Below, in pieces: positions 46,244-57,500 of a DNA stretch of 64,000 nucleotides. The position numbers and the translations under genes were made by a program. Below the pieces are notes generated by a model. That model worked only from the letters and a program-made list of their open reading frames with translations. It searched no databases and was not told the origin of the DNA. Every line of letters starts with the position of its first letter. The first letter of the stretch is position 1. Origin of the DNA: Clostridiales bacterium (GTDB lineage Bacteria; Bacillota; Clostridia; Oscillospirales; Oscillospiraceae); contig SFHQ01000008.1 of assembly GCA_004556345.1 (NCBI GenBank), positions 16,540-80,539 on the forward strand. The letters are read 5' to 3'.

Positions 46244-48658
46244 TCAGGCCTTGGGCTTGAGGATCAGGTTCATGAGCTTGTTGGGCACGTGGATGACCTT
46301 CACGAGGTCCTTGCCCTCCATGAGCTTCTGGATCTTGCTGTCGGCGGTGACCACAGCCAGGACGGCGTCCTGCTCGCTGTCGGTGGGGATGGTGACGGTG
46401 GTCTTGAGCTTGCCGCCCACCTGGACGGCGATGGTGACCTCAGAGGCCACGGTCTTGCTCTCGTCATACACGGGCCAGCGGGAGGTGCAGGCCATGCCCT
46501 CGAAGCCGAAGCGCTCCCACAGCTCGTCGGCCATGTGGGGGGCGAAGGGAGACAGCAGCTGGAGCATGGTCTTGAACTCGGCCTTGTTCACGCCCTTGTC
46601 GTAGAACTGGTTGGTCAGGCTCATCAGGGCGGCGATGGCGGTGTTGAACTTCATGTTCTCGATGTCGTCGCTGACCTTCTTGATGGTCTTGTGGACGGCG
46701 GCCTCGTTGTCCTTGCCGTAGGCATCGGCATCTTTGACCTGATCGGCCAGGTTCCAGATGCGGTCCAGGAAGCGCTTGCAGCCCTTCACGGCGTTGTCGG
46801 ACCAGGCGGCGGCCTTCTCGAAGTCGCCGATGAACATGATGTAGGTCCGCATGGTGTCCGCACCGTACTGGTCCACGACGTCATTGGGGTTCACCACGTT
46901 CCCGCGGGACTTGGACATCTTCTCGCCGCCCTCGCCCAGGATCATACCGTGGCTGGTGCGCTTGTGGTAAGGCTCGGCGAAGGGCACCACGCCCAGGTCA
47001 TACAGGAACTTGTGCCAGAAGCGGGAGTAGAGCAGGTGCAGGGTGGTGTGCTCCATGCCGCCGTTGTACCAGTCCACCTGGCCCCAATACTTGAGGGCTT
47101 CGGGGGAAGCCAGGGCCTTGTCGTTGTGGGGGTCCATGTAGCGCAGGAAGTACCAGGAGGAACCGGCCCACTGGGGCATGGTGTCCGTCTCGCGCTGGGC
47201 GGGGCCGCCGCAGTGGGGGCAGGTGGTGTTCACCCAGTCCGTCATGGGGGCCAGGGGGGACTCGCCGTTGTCGGTCGGCTCGTAGCTGTCTACCTCCGGC
47301 AGCAGCAGGGGCAGCTGGTCCTCCGGCAGGGGCACCCAGCCGCACTTGGGGCACTTGACCAGGGGGATGGGCTCGCCCCAGTAGCGCTGGCGGGAGAAGA
47401 CCCAGTCACGCAGCTTGTAGTTCACTTTTTCGTGGCCGATGCCCTTCTCGGTCAGCCACTTCTTCATGGCGGGAATGGCGTCCTTCACGGTCAGGCCGTT
47501 GAGGAAGTCGGAGTTCACCATGATGCCGGTGTCGTCCTTGAGGGTAAAGGCTTCCTTCTCGATGTCGCCGCCCTGGACCACCTCGATGATGTCGCAGCCG
47601 AACTTCTTGGCAAACTCCCAGTCGCGGTCGTCGTGGGCCGGCACGGCCATGATGGCGCCGGTGCCGTAGGACACCAGGACATAGTCGGAGATGAAGATGG
47701 GGATCTCTTTCCCGTTCACGGGGTTGATGCCCTTCACGCCCTCCAGCTTCACGCCGGTCTTTTCCTTCACCAGCTCGGTCCGCTCGAAGTCGGACTTGCG
47801 GGCAGCGGCCTCGACGTAAGCGGTCACGTCGTCCCAGTTGGTCAGCACGTCCTTCCACTTGTTGATGTAGGGGTGCTCCGGGGAGAGGACCATGTAGGTC
47901 GCGCCGAAGAGGGTGTCGGGGCGGGTGGTGTAGACCACCAGATCATCGCCCTGGGTGGTGTTAAAGGTCACCTCTGCGCCGGTGGAGCGGCCGATCCAGT
48001 TCTTCTGCTGGGTCTTCACGCGCTCGATGAAGTCCACCTGGTCCAGGTCGTCGATGAGACGCTGGGCATACTCGGTGATCTTCAGCATCCACTGGCTCTT
48101 TTCCTTCCGGATGACTTCCGAGCCGCAGCGCTCGCAGACGCCGTTGACCACTTCCTCGTTGGCCAGCACGCACTTGCAGGAGGTGCACCAGTTCACGGGC
48201 ATAGAGGTCTTGTAGGCCAGGCCCTTCTTGAACAGCTGGAGGAAGATCCACTGGGTCCACTTGTAGTAGCCGGGGTCGGTGGTGTCCACGACGCGGTCCC
48301 AGTCGAAGGAATAGCCCAGCATCTTCAGCTGCTTGGTGAAGTTGGCGATGTTGTCGTGGGTGACCTTGGCGGGGTGGATGTGGTTCTTGATGGCGTAGTT
48401 CTCGGTGGGCAGGCCGAAGGCGTCATAGCCCATGGGGAAGAGGACGTTGTAGCCCTCCATCCGGCGCTTCCGGGCCACCACGTCCATGGCGGTGTAGGGC
48501 CGGGCGTGGCCCACGTGCAGGCCCTGGCCGGAGGGATAGGGGAACTCTACCAGAGCGTAGTACTTGGGCTTGGGGTCGCCGGTAACGGCATGGTAGCAGC
48601 CGGCCTTTGCCCAGCGGTCCTGCCATTTGCGTTCGATGCGGTTAAACTCGTATTTCAA
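46244..48658 (-). CDS. leuS: Leucine--tRNA ligase
   Basis: [47 protein letters not shown] start. Confidence 0.97.
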   Translation of the reverse strand: MKYEFNRIERKWQDRWAKAGCYHAVTGDPKPKYYALVEFPYPSGQGLHVGHARPYTAMDVVARKRRMEGYNVLFPMGYDAFGLPTENYAIKNHIHPAKVTHDNIANFTKQLKMLGYSFDWDRVVDTTDPGYYKWTQWIFLQLFKKGLAYKTSMPVNWCTSCKCVLANEEVVNGVCERCGSEVIRKEKSQWMLKITEYAQRLIDDLDQVDFIERVKTQQKNWIGRSTGAEVTFNTTQGDDLVVYTTRPDTLFGATYMVLSPEHPYINKWKDVLTNWDDVTAYVEAAARKSDFERTELVKEKTGVKLEGVKGINPVNGKEIPIFISDYVLVSYGTGAIMAVPAHDDRDWEFAKKFGCDIIEVVQGGDIEKEAFTLKDDTGIMVNSDFLNGLTVKDAIPAMKKWLTEKGIGHEKVNYKLRDWVFSRQRYWGEPIPLVKCPKCGWVPLPEDQLPLLLPEVDSYEPTDNGESPLAPMTDWVNTTCPHCGGPAQRETDTMPQWAGSSWYFLRYMDPHNDKALASPEALKYWGQVDWYNGGMEHTTLHLLYSRFWHKFLYDLGVVPFAEPYHKRTSHGMILGEGGEKMSKSRGNVVNPNDVVDQYGADTMRTYIMFIGDFEKAAAWSDNAVKGCKRFLDRIWNLADQVKDADAYGKDNEAAVHKTIKKVSDDIENMKFNTAIAALMSLTNQFYDKGVNKAEFKTMLQLLSPFAPHMADELWERFGFEGMACTSRWPVYDESKTVASEVTIAVQVGGKLKTTVTIPTDSEQDAVLAVVTADSKIQKLMEGKDLVKVIHVPNKLMNLILKPKA

Positions 48659-48718
48659 CTAAATCACGCTTTCCTGTTTGATTCAAAGATAAGACAAAAT
48701 TAAATAGAGCGGAACAAC

Positions 48719-49087
48719 TTACTCGGCGTCCGGCTGCGCCAGCACGTCGCTGAGGTCCACGGTCTTTGCGTCGGCCCACAGGCGGTCCAGGTCATAGAAG
48801 GCGCGGGCCTCCTTGTCGAAAACGTGGACGACCACGTCGCCGTAGTCCTGGAGGATCCAGGTGCCGCCCCGGTGTCCCTCCACGTGGTGGGGCAGGATGC
48901 CGTGGTCCTTCATGGCCTTTTCGCCGGCGTCGGCCAGGGCCTTGAGCTGGGGGGCGGAGCTGCCGCTGCACAGCACAAAGTAGTCTGCCAGGGTGGTGAC
49001 CCCGTCGGTCTCCAGCACGCGAATGTCCTTGCCCTTCTTGCTGTCCATGGCCTGGGCCAGCAGAAGCGCCATCTCTTTTGGTGTCAT
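48719..49087 (-). CDS. rsfS: Ribosome silencing factor
   Basis: SKKGKDI, ADYFVLCSG, WILQDYGDVVVHVF, FYDLDRLW. Confidence 0.95.
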   Translation of the reverse strand: MTPKEMALLLAQAMDSKKGKDIRVLETDGVTTLADYFVLCSGSSAPQLKALADAGEKAMKDHGILPHHVEGHRGGTWILQDYGDVVVHVFDKEARAFYDLDRLWADAKTVDLSDVLAQPDAE

Positions 49088-49149
49088 AGGCGATTCCTTT
49101 CTTTTCGTCGGGCGCGTTGGCCCGGATGATTTCTGTATTTAGTCTGTAT

Positions 49150-50778
49150 TTAGTCAGACGCACTCTGGCCGTCGCCGGTGGGGTCGGTCTCTCCAGCGCT
49201 GTCGCTCTCCACGGGCAGGTTGTTCACCGTCGTGTCGTGACTCACGTGCTGCATGTCCGCGGTGATGTCGGTCAGATAGGGGTTCATATACTGGTTCACC
49301 AGCTCCCGCAGGGCGGTGCCGTTGACGAACACATAGGATTGGTAGTTGCGATAGGTCTGGCTCCACATGGTCCCGGTGTAGTCGCCGGGCAGGTTGTGGA
49401 AGCGGAAGGCATCCTGGCCGAGGCCCAGGGCACGCTCGCCGAACCAGATCATCTCGCCGTAGCTCAGGTTGCTGTCCAGGTTGTTGTCCACGATCTTGGC
49501 GATCTCACCGATCTTCGTGAGGTTCCCCAGGCTGACCATCTGTCCGGCCAGGGCCTTGAGGAAGGAGTGCTGCACGGTCACGCGGCCCACGTCGCCCACG
49601 GAGAGCTTCTCGCCGCTGTTGTTCTTCCGCCAGCGCAGCACGCGCACGGCGTCGCTGCCGCTCAGGTGCTGCATCCCCTGCTTGTAGTGGATGTGCAGGT
49701 CCTGGGTGGGGTCGTCGTAGTCCATGTTATAGGGCACGTCATAGTCCACCCCGCCGATGGCGTCCACCAGCTCAGACACGGCGTCCAGCTCCACCACGAA
49801 GTAGTAGTCGGGCTGGTAGCCGATGAGGTTCTTCACCTGCTTCTGGACCCCCTCGATCCCCTGCCGGTTATACACGGAGTTGATCTTCGGGATTTCCCAG
49901 GGCACGTCCACCAGGGTGTCCCGATAGATGCTCAGGACGTCCACGGTGCCGTTTTTCACGTCGTAGCAGCCCACCATCATGGTGTCGGTGTTGCCGCCGC
50001 CGCCGTCGTCCCGGCCCACCAGAAGGAAGGTGTACACGTCTTCTTTCCGGCCGACCCCCATGCTGCCGGGGTCGGTGCCGGTCTCCTGGCCGGCCGTGTT
50101 GCCGGCCGACGGGAGGTCCGGGGGCCGGACGTAAATTTGATGCACCACAAAGCCCGCCGCCACCAGAGCCAGCAGCACCAGCAGGACGGTGAGCAGGATG
50201 CGTTTGCGTTTCTTTCGCTTCTTGGGCCGGGGCCTTTCCGGAACGCCCTCGGTGCCGGGGCGTTTTTTCCTGGGGGGCGGCGGCGGGGGCACGTCGTCGT
50301 CCTCCTCCTCCGCCTCATAGGAGTCATAGGCCTCGTAGGCTTTCCGATCCGGCAGAGGACCCGTGCGCTGGCTGGCTACGATCGGCTGCCACTCATCGTC
50401 CTCCTCGGCCAGGGGCTGTCTGCCGGGTCTGTCCCGCCGGCCCCCCAGCTCCTCCTGGATGCGGCGGCGCTCGTCCGTCCAGTCCTCCGAGGGGCCGCGG
50501 GTCCAGTCGTCCTCGTCGCGGGGGGCGTGGTAATAGGCGTCGTAGTGGATCTCCCGGTCCGCCCCGTCGTAGCCGTCGTCATAGTCGTCATACTCGTCCT
50601 GGGGATCGTCCCACAGGGCACGGCGATAGTCCTCCGGCATGGCGTTCTGCTCCTCGTAGATGCGGGAGTAGACGCCCCGCTGGGCCTCCCGGTAGGCCTG
50701 CTCCTGCTTGCGGCGGCGCGAGCGCTCTTCCTTCTCCCGCTGGCGCAGCTCTTCCTCGGAAAAAGATCGGTCCTTCAC
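49150..50778 (-). CDS. LCP (LytR/CpsA/Psr) family protein with long charged N-terminus
   Basis: One TM after KKRKKRKR; FLLVGRD, NTDTMM, LSIYRDT, KINS, IGGVD, LRWRK, GDVGR. Confidence 0.9.
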   Translation of the reverse strand: MKDRSFSEEELRQREKEERSRRRKQEQAYREAQRGVYSRIYEEQNAMPEDYRRALWDDPQDEYDDYDDGYDGADREIHYDAYYHAPRDEDDWTRGPSEDWTDERRRIQEELGGRRDRPGRQPLAEEDDEWQPIVASQRTGPLPDRKAYEAYDSYEAEEEDDDVPPPPPPRKKRPGTEGVPERPRPKKRKKRKRILLTVLLVLLALVAAGFVVHQIYVRPPDLPSAGNTAGQETGTDPGSMGVGRKEDVYTFLLVGRDDGGGGNTDTMMVGCYDVKNGTVDVLSIYRDTLVDVPWEIPKINSVYNRQGIEGVQKQVKNLIGYQPDYYFVVELDAVSELVDAIGGVDYDVPYNMDYDDPTQDLHIHYKQGMQHLSGSDAVRVLRWRKNNSGEKLSVGDVGRVTVQHSFLKALAGQMVSLGNLTKIGEIAKIVDNNLDSNLSYGEMIWFGERALGLGQDAFRFHNLPGDYTGTMWSQTYRNYQSYVFVNGTALRELVNQYMNPYLTDITADMQHVSHDTTVNNLPVESDSAGETDPTGDGQSASD

Positions 50779-51911
50779 TGCTGCCTCCTTTGCAGATCCT
50801 CCAGCGCGGCCAGGGTGTTCCGATGGACCGGCACCCCCCGCTCCTTCAGCTCTTCAATGCTCATCTCCAGGCCCAGGATCATGGCCTGGTCCAAGTCCTC
50901 CCAGACCAGGCGGCGCAGCTCCTCCACGCCGTCAAAGTCGCGGGTAGGCTCCATGTAGTCGGCTAAGTACAGGATCTTATCCAGCTTGGTCATGCCCGCC
51001 TTGCCGGTGGTGTGGCTGAAGATGGCCTCGCACTCTTCCTTTGGCTCGCAGAAGACATGCTCGGCCAGAGCCGCGCCGGTCTTGGAGTGCAGGAGCTTCA
51101 CGCTCGTCTGCTCCAGCTCGTCCAGCGCCACCCCATACTTTTCGCAGGTGGCCAGCTGCGGCTCCAGCTCCCAGTATTTCGTGCAGTCGTGCAGGATCGC
51201 CGCCCGGCGGGCCATCTCCTCGTCCACCATGGAGTAGGACACGGCCCGCAGATGCTTGTCGCTGAGCTTGCTCAGGTCAGCCTTGGTCCCGAAGAGATGC
51301 TCCCGCAGGATGTAGCCGTACACCGGCGTCCAGAGGAACTGTCCGGGGTCCACGTTCCCCCCGGTCCACTCCGAGGCCAGCATCCGCCGCAGATCACGGG
51401 AGGCGATCTCCGTGACCTGGGGCAGGTCGATGACCGTCGTGCGGGCGGCAAAGGTCTCGCGCAGGTACTCGCTCTGCTGGTCAAACATCTCCTGGCTGTC
51501 CTCCAGGCTGCGGGAAAAGGCCGCCACCCCGGCGTACTGGAAGATGCGCTCCGGCTGGTACCAGTTCTGCACGGTGAGGAACATGTCCGTGCCCATGAGC
51601 AGCCACAGCTCGTCCTCCGGGAACTGCTCGTGCAGCTCCTCCACGGTGTCGGCCGTGTAGCTCTTTCCCTCCCGGCGCAGCTCCAGGTCGGAGGCCTCTG
51701 CGCGGGGGCCAAGGCCGTCGGCCATGAGGGCCGCCATGTCCAAGCGCTGCTGGGGCGTGGCCGCCTCCGCCGCCAGGTCCTTGTGGGGCGGCTCCCGGTC
51801 GGGGATGATGAGCAGTCGGTCTAGCCCCAGTTGGTCCAGTGCCGCTTTCGCCGCTTCCATGTGCCCCAGATGGGGCGGGTCAAAGGTCCCGCCGTAGATT
51901 CCAATTTTCAT
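50775..51911 (-). CDS. nadD: Fused nicotinate-nucleotide adenylyltransferase / YqeK HD-domain hydrolase, with apparent in-frame deletion
   Basis: GGTFDPPHLGH, SYTADT, MGTD; C-terminal LHDCTK, LLHS, HTTG, YLADYMEP. Confidence 0.9.
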   Translation of the reverse strand: MKIGIYGGTFDPPHLGHMEAAKAALDQLGLDRLLIIPDREPPHKDLAAEAATPQQRLDMAALMADGLGPRAEASDLELRREGKSYTADTVEELHEQFPEDELWLLMGTDMFLTVQNWYQPERIFQYAGVAAFSRSLEDSQEMFDQQSEYLRETFAARTTVIDLPQVTEIASRDLRRMLASEWTGGNVDPGQFLWTPVYGYILREHLFGTKADLSKLSDKHLRAVSYSMVDEEMARRAAILHDCTKYWELEPQLATCEKYGVALDELEQTSVKLLHSKTGAALAEHVFCEPKEECEAIFSHTTGKAGMTKLDKILYLADYMEPTRDFDGVEELRRLVWEDLDQAMILGLEMSIEELKERGVPVHRNTLAALEDLQRRQQ

Positions 51912-51976
51912 GCCGTGATCCCACCCTTTCCCAAGTCAAAGATATCTTTTCGAGGTCTCTCCCGTTGGTGCGTTGG

Positions 51977-52306
51977 TTATCGTGCCGCCGGTTTCTTCTT
52001 GTCCTTCACCAGCTCGATCTTGTTCTTTTTCTCCTTGTTGTGGCTCTGGCGATAGAGGACAAACTTGCTGCCGATGGCCTGCACGCCCTCGCTGCGGGTG
52101 CGCTGGGCCAGCTCGTCGCAGGCCTCTCTGGCGGTCAGCAGGGCGCTCTCCAGCACCCGGCACTTGATGAGCTCGCGGGCCTCCAGGGCCTCGTCGGTCT
52201 GCTTCACCACCGCCTCGGTGATGCCCTCCTTGCCGATGTGGACGATGGGGGTGAGGCTGTTGGCCAACCCCCGGAGCTGGGCACGCTGTTTACTGGTCAG
52301 TTCCAT
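51977..52306 (-). CDS. yhbY: YhbY (CRM domain) RNA-binding protein
   Basis: LTSKQRAQLR, HIGKEG, RELIK, QAIG..VLYR. Confidence 0.92.
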   Translation of the reverse strand: MELTSKQRAQLRGLANSLTPIVHIGKEGITEAVVKQTDEALEARELIKCRVLESALLTAREACDELAQRTRSEGVQAIGSKFVLYRQSHNKEKKNKIELVKDKKKPAAR

Positions 52307-52886
52307 GTTGTTTCTCCCATTCTTTCTGGAATCCCGCCAGGGCCTTGGCCCGGTGGGAGATCTTGTTTTTTTCTTCGGGGGTGAGCTGGGCCATGGTCTT
52401 GCCCAGTTCGGGGAGGTAGAAGATGGGGTCATACCCAAAGCCCCCGTCCCCCGTCGGCCCGTGGGCCAAAATGCCGGGGCACTCGCCCCGCGCAGACAGC
52501 TGCTGTCCGTCCGGGAAGCAGCAGCAGATGACGCTGACGAACTTGCAGGCCCGGTTCTCGATGCCCTCCATGTTCTTCAGCAGGAGCTGCCACCGGCCTG
52601 TGTCATCCAGCCCAGGGCCGCCGTACCGGGCGGAGTATACCCCCGGCTCGCCGTTCAGGGCGTCCACCATCAGCCCGGAGTCGTCCGCAATGGCGGGCAG
52701 GCCCGTGGCTTCCATCACGGCCTGGGCCTTGATGGCGGCGTTTTCGGCGAAGGTGGTGCCGGTCTCCTCCGGCTCCAAGTCCACCCCCACGTCCGCCTGG
52801 GAGAGGACCTCCACCCCCATGGCGGAGAGAATGGTCTTCATCTCCGCCATTTTCTTTTTGTTGTGGCTGGCAAGAACGACTTTCAT
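52290..52886 (-). CDS. rdgB: Non-canonical purine NTP pyrophosphatase (RdgB/HAM1)
   Basis: ASHNKKK, ETGTTFAENA, ADDSGL, PGVYSARY, GFGYDPIF, KNKISHR. Confidence 0.95.
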   Translation of the reverse strand: MKVVLASHNKKKMAEMKTILSAMGVEVLSQADVGVDLEPEETGTTFAENAAIKAQAVMEATGLPAIADDSGLMVDALNGEPGVYSARYGGPGLDDTGRWQLLLKNMEGIENRACKFVSVICCCFPDGQQLSARGECPGILAHGPTGDGGFGYDPIFYLPELGKTMAQLTPEEKNKISHRAKALAGFQKEWEKQHGTDQ

Positions 52887-53629
52887 CGACTGCCCTCCTC
52901 CGCCTGCTTCTCGGCCAGGGCCAGGGCCTCCCGCTGCTTGGTCAGCAGCTCGTCGATGCCCTTGGCGCACAGGTCGACCAGCTGGCGCTGCTCCTGGATG
53001 GTAAAGGCCCGGCCCTCGCCGGTGCCCTGGATCTCCACCAGCTCTCCCTGCTCGGTCATGATGCAGTTGAGGTCCACCTGGGCGTTGGAGTCCTCCTCAT
53101 AGCACAGGTCCAGCAGCAGCTCGTCATCCACGATGCCCGCAGAAACGGCGGCCACCGCCGTGCGCAGGGGGGATCTGAGCAGATAGCCCTCCTTCACCAG
53201 CCACTGGCAGGCCAGGGCCAGGGCCACATAGCCGCCGGTGACGGAGGCCGTCCGGGTCCCGCCGTCGCCCTGCAACACGTCGCAGTCGATGGTGATGGTC
53301 CGCTCGCCCAAAGCCTTCATATCAATAGACGCCCGCAGGGCGCGGCCCACCAGGCGCTGGATCTCCGCCGAACGGGGGGAGAGCTTGCCCTTGGACACGT
53401 CCCGGCGGCTGCGCTCCCGGTTGGCGCGGGGCAGCATGGAATACTCTGCCGTCACCCAGCCCTCGCCGTAGGGAACGTGGGGCGGGACCCGCTCCTCCAC
53501 GCTGGCCGTACACAGCACATGGGTGTTGCCGCAGCGGATGAGGCAGCTGCCCTCCGCAAATTTGTTCACGCCGGGGATGATCTCCACCGGACGCAGGTCC
53601 TTGTAGGTTCTTCCGTCGATACGCGCCAT
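52883..53629 (-). CDS. rph: Ribonuclease PH
   Basis: GWVTAEYSMLP, EIQRLVGR, DGGTRTAS, DLCYEEDS, EIQGTGE. Confidence 0.95.
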   Translation of the reverse strand: MARIDGRTYKDLRPVEIIPGVNKFAEGSCLIRCGNTHVLCTASVEERVPPHVPYGEGWVTAEYSMLPRANRERSRRDVSKGKLSPRSAEIQRLVGRALRASIDMKALGERTITIDCDVLQGDGGTRTASVTGGYVALALACQWLVKEGYLLRSPLRTAVAAVSAGIVDDELLLDLCYEEDSNAQVDLNCIMTEQGELVEIQGTGEGRAFTIQEQRQLVDLCAKGIDELLTKQREALALAEKQAEEGSR

Positions 53630-53703
53630 GGATCGGTCGCTCCTTTCTATCTGCACGGGGAAATCTTCGATTTCTTTCCCCAAACTTCGCACAAATTGTG
53701 GAT

Positions 53704-54570
53704 TTACACCAGGGCCTCGGCAAAGGCCACGGCGTCAAAGGGCTGCAAGTCGTCGATGCCCTCGCCCAGGCCCACGAACTTCACGGGCACGCCCATCTCC
53801 TTGGCGATGGCCAGGACCACGCCGCCCTTGGCGGTGCCGTCGAGCTTGGTCAGCACGATGCCGGTGATGCCCGCGCTCTCGCCGAACTGCTTGGCCTGGA
53901 TGAGGCCGTTCTGCCCCGTGGTGGCGTCCAGCACCAGGAGGACTTCCTTCGAGCTGGCCGTCCCCTCCCGGTCGATGACCCGGCGGATCTTATTCAGCTC
54001 GTTCATCAGGTTCTGCTTGTTGTGCAGGCGCCCTGCCGTGTCCACCAGGACCACATCGGTCTTTCTCGCGCGGGCGGCGTTCATGGCGTCGAACACCACG
54101 GCGGCGGGGTCGGACCCCTCCTCATGGCAGACAATGTCCACCTTCGCCCGGTCGGCCCAGATGGCCAGCTGGTCGGCGGCGGCGGCGCGGAAGGTATCCC
54201 CCGCAGCCAGCAGGACCCGGTTGCCCTGGTTCTTTAAGAGATTCGCCAGCTTGCCGATGGTGGTGGTCTTGCCCACGCCGTTGACGCCGATCATCAGGAT
54301 CACGGCGGGCTTGTCCGTCAGGTCCAGGTCCGTGGACCCCACGTCCAGCATCTCCACCAGGATCTCCCGCAGGCAGGCCTTGACCTCCTCCGGCTCCTTG
54401 ATCTTGTTGGCCTTCACCCGCTCCCGCAGGGTCTCCACGGCCTCCAGGGTCGTGTCCATGCCCATGTCGGAGAGGATGAGGTTTTCCTCCAGCTCCTCAA
54501 AAAAATCTTCGTCCACGGAGAAGAAGCCGGAGAAGACGTTCAGCTTTTTGATCTTATCAAACAATCCCAT
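53704..54570 (-). CDS. ftsY: Signal recognition particle receptor
   Basis: GVNGVGKTTT, DTFRAAA, DTAGR, TKLDGTAKGG. Confidence 0.97.
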   Translation of the reverse strand: MGLFDKIKKLNVFSGFFSVDEDFFEELEENLILSDMGMDTTLEAVETLRERVKANKIKEPEEVKACLREILVEMLDVGSTDLDLTDKPAVILMIGVNGVGKTTTIGKLANLLKNQGNRVLLAAGDTFRAAAADQLAIWADRAKVDIVCHEEGSDPAAVVFDAMNAARARKTDVVLVDTAGRLHNKQNLMNELNKIRRVIDREGTASSKEVLLVLDATTGQNGLIQAKQFGESAGITGIVLTKLDGTAKGGVVLAIAKEMGVPVKFVGLGEGIDDLQPFDAVAFAEALV

Positions 54571-54585
54571 GGGAAATGCCTCCTG

Positions 54586-57500
54586 TTATCTATGTTCCGT
54601 CCCCAGCAGCCGCTCGGCCTGGTCCAGGTCCAGCTTGAGCACCCGGCTGACCCCCTGCCGCTCCATGGTCACGCCGTATAAGACATCGGCGGCCTCCATG
54701 GTCTCCCGGCGGTGGGTGATGAGCAGGAATTGGGTCTCGTGTGCCATCGTTCTGAGGTACCGGGTAAACCGCGCCCCATTGGCCTCGTCCAGCGCCGCCT
54801 CGATCTCGTCCATCACGCAAAAGGGCGTGGGCCGGACCCGCAGAATGGCAAAGTACAGCGCGATGGCCACCAGCGCCCGCTCCCCGCCGGAGAGCAGGCT
54901 GATGCTCCGCTGCCGCTTTCCCGGCGGCTGGGCCTGGATGTCGATGCCGCAGTGCAGGGCGTCTCTCTCGTCCTCCAGGGCCAGCATCCCCTTGCCCCCG
55001 CCGAAGAGCCGGGCAAAGGTCTCGGCAAAGGCCGTCCGGATCTTGGCAAACTCGGTGCGGAAGCGCTGGTCCATCTCCTGGGTGATGCCGTCGATGACCC
55101 CTTCCAGCGCCTGCCGGGCGGTCTCCACGTCGTTCTTCTGGTCCGTGAGGTACTGCCAGCGCTCTTCCACGCGCTGAAATTCCTCCACAGCTCCCAGGTT
55201 CACGTTGCCCAGGGCGGCGATGTCGTCCCTGAGTCTGCCGCACTGCCGCTGGGCCTGGCTCGCGTCCGGGATGTCCTGCCGTATGGCCTGGGCACCCTGG
55301 TGGGTCACGCCGTAGGTGTCCCACAGGCGGTCCAGCAGACGGTTTTCCTCGGCCCCGGCCTGCAAGACCTTCTGCTCGGCGGCCCCGGCCTCCCGCTGCA
55401 GCTTGAGCTGCAGCTCATTCTGCGTCCGGGCGGCCCGGTCCGTGTCGGCCCGGCGTTTTTCCAGGGCGAATTTATCTTGGGTGGCCTGGTCTGCCTGGGC
55501 CGTCAGGCGCTCCGCCTGTTGGTCCAGCTCGTCCAAGGCCGTTTCCAATTGGTGGATCTCCGCCGTCCAGACCTCTTTCTGGCGGGCAGAGAGCGCAAGC
55601 GCTTCCTCCTGCCGCTGCCTGTCCCGGTCGGCGGTGTCCAGCTGCTGCCGCAGCTGGGCCAGCAGGGGCGCAAAGGCGGTCAGCGTCCCCTGCAGGGTGG
55701 CCCATTCCTCCCGCTGGGCGCGGAGGTCCTCCTCCTGCGCCTGCTGGCGGCGGGTCCATTCTATGGTCTCGTCCGGGCCGTTGGCCTGCCGCCGGTCCAG
55801 GGTCTGGGCAGCCAGTTGGCGGGCCTGCCGGGCGTGTTCTAACGTATGCTGTGCTTCGGTCAAGCGCTCCTGCGCCTGGGCCAGCTTCTCCCGCAGGGCC
55901 GCTTCCTCGGCCCCCCGCGAGAGGATGCCTCCCCTTCGGCTGACCGAGCCGCCGGTCATGGCCCCGCCGGGGCGTAAAATTTCCCCGTCCAGCGTCACCA
56001 CCGGGAAGCGGTAGCGGCGGGCCTTCGCCAGCGCCGTGCCGTGGTCCAGGTCGTCCACCACGACGGTCCGCCCCAAGAGGTTCTGCGCCGCCGGGCGGAC
56101 CCGCTCGTCACAGTCCACCAGCTCGGCGGCGACCGCCAAAAAGCCGGGGGCCTGTTCCAGACCCTCCTCCCGCAGGGGATTCGGGCGCAGGGCCGTCAGC
56201 GGACGGCAGGTCACCCGCCCCCCGTCCCGGCGCTTCACCAGGCGGAGAACGGCCTTGCCCGCCTGCTCATCCTCGACGAGCAGGTCCTGCATGGCCCCGC
56301 CCAAGGCGGTCTCCAAGGCCACGGTGTACCGGCTCTCCACATGAAACAGCTGGCCCACCGGCCCCAACACGCCGGTCAGTTCCCCCCGCTGGGCGGCGGT
56401 CATGGCGGTTTTGACGCCCCTGGCGTAGCCCTCCAGCTGGCTGGCCAGATCGCCCAACAGCTTCTGCCGGGCGGCCAGGGTATGCGCTTCCAGACGGCAG
56501 GCCATCCAGGCCTCTTCCGCCGCCTGTTCCTCTCGGTGCCGGTCGGCAAGTGCCTCCCGCTCCCGGCGCAGGGTCTCCTGCCAGGCGGTCTGTGCCTGCC
56601 GGGCCTGGGTTCGGGTCCGGGCCAAGCGCTCCTCAGTCTGGGCAATGGCTTCGGCGCGTTTGCGCTCCTGCTTTTGCAGCTGGGCCAGGCGGTCCTCCTG
56701 GCGCGTCTGCTCCTCTTGGAGGTGGGCGGTGCGTGCTTCCTGCTGGGCCAGCTCGTCCCGCAGGCGGCGGGCCGTCTCGTCCCCGGTGCGCAGGCGCTCC
56801 CGAAGCAGGGCCAAGGCCTGGCGGCTCTCCTCCGCCTGTTGGCGGACGGCTTGCAGCCGCTGGCGCAGGCGCTCCCCTTGGGCCTCCTGGTCCCGCAGGT
56901 CGTGCAGCAGGCGTTCGCTCTCGGCGTACAGCCGGTCCGTCTCCTGGGTGCAGGCGGCGAGGCTGGCCTGGGCAGCCGCCCGGTCGGCCTGGAGCTTGCG
57001 GTGCTGCGCCCGCTGCTTGTCCAGCTGGTCCATCCAGAGGGAAATTTCCAGCGTCCGCAGCTTCTCCCGCAGGGCCAGGAAGGTTTGCGCCTGCTCGGCC
57101 TGGGCCTTCAAAGGGCCCCGCTGGAGGTCCAGCTCCTCTAACTTGTCCGCCACGCGGGTGAGGTTTTCCTGCGTGCGCTCTAATTTGCGCTGGGTCTCTT
57201 CCTTTTGGTGGCGGCAGTGGGAGATTCCGGCGGCCTCCTCAAAGATCTCCCGCCGCTGGGTGCTCTTGGCGGAGAGGATCGCGTCGATCTTTCCCTGGCC
57301 GATGAGGGCGTAGCCCTCCTGCCCCAGGCCGGTGTCCATGAAGCGTTCGTGCACGTCCCGCAGGCGGACGGTCTTGCCGTTTAAGAGGTACTCGCTCTCC
57401 CCCGACCGGTAATACCGGCGGGTCACGGCCATCTCGCCGCCCGTCTCGTCCTCCAGCCGCAGGGTGACCTGGGCCGCCCCCAGCCGCTGGCGGAGCTGCG

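Noticed and set aside
48659..48718. T-box leader for leuS
   Set aside because: Only 60 bp separate rsfS and leuS, and no T-box consensus or terminator is visible.
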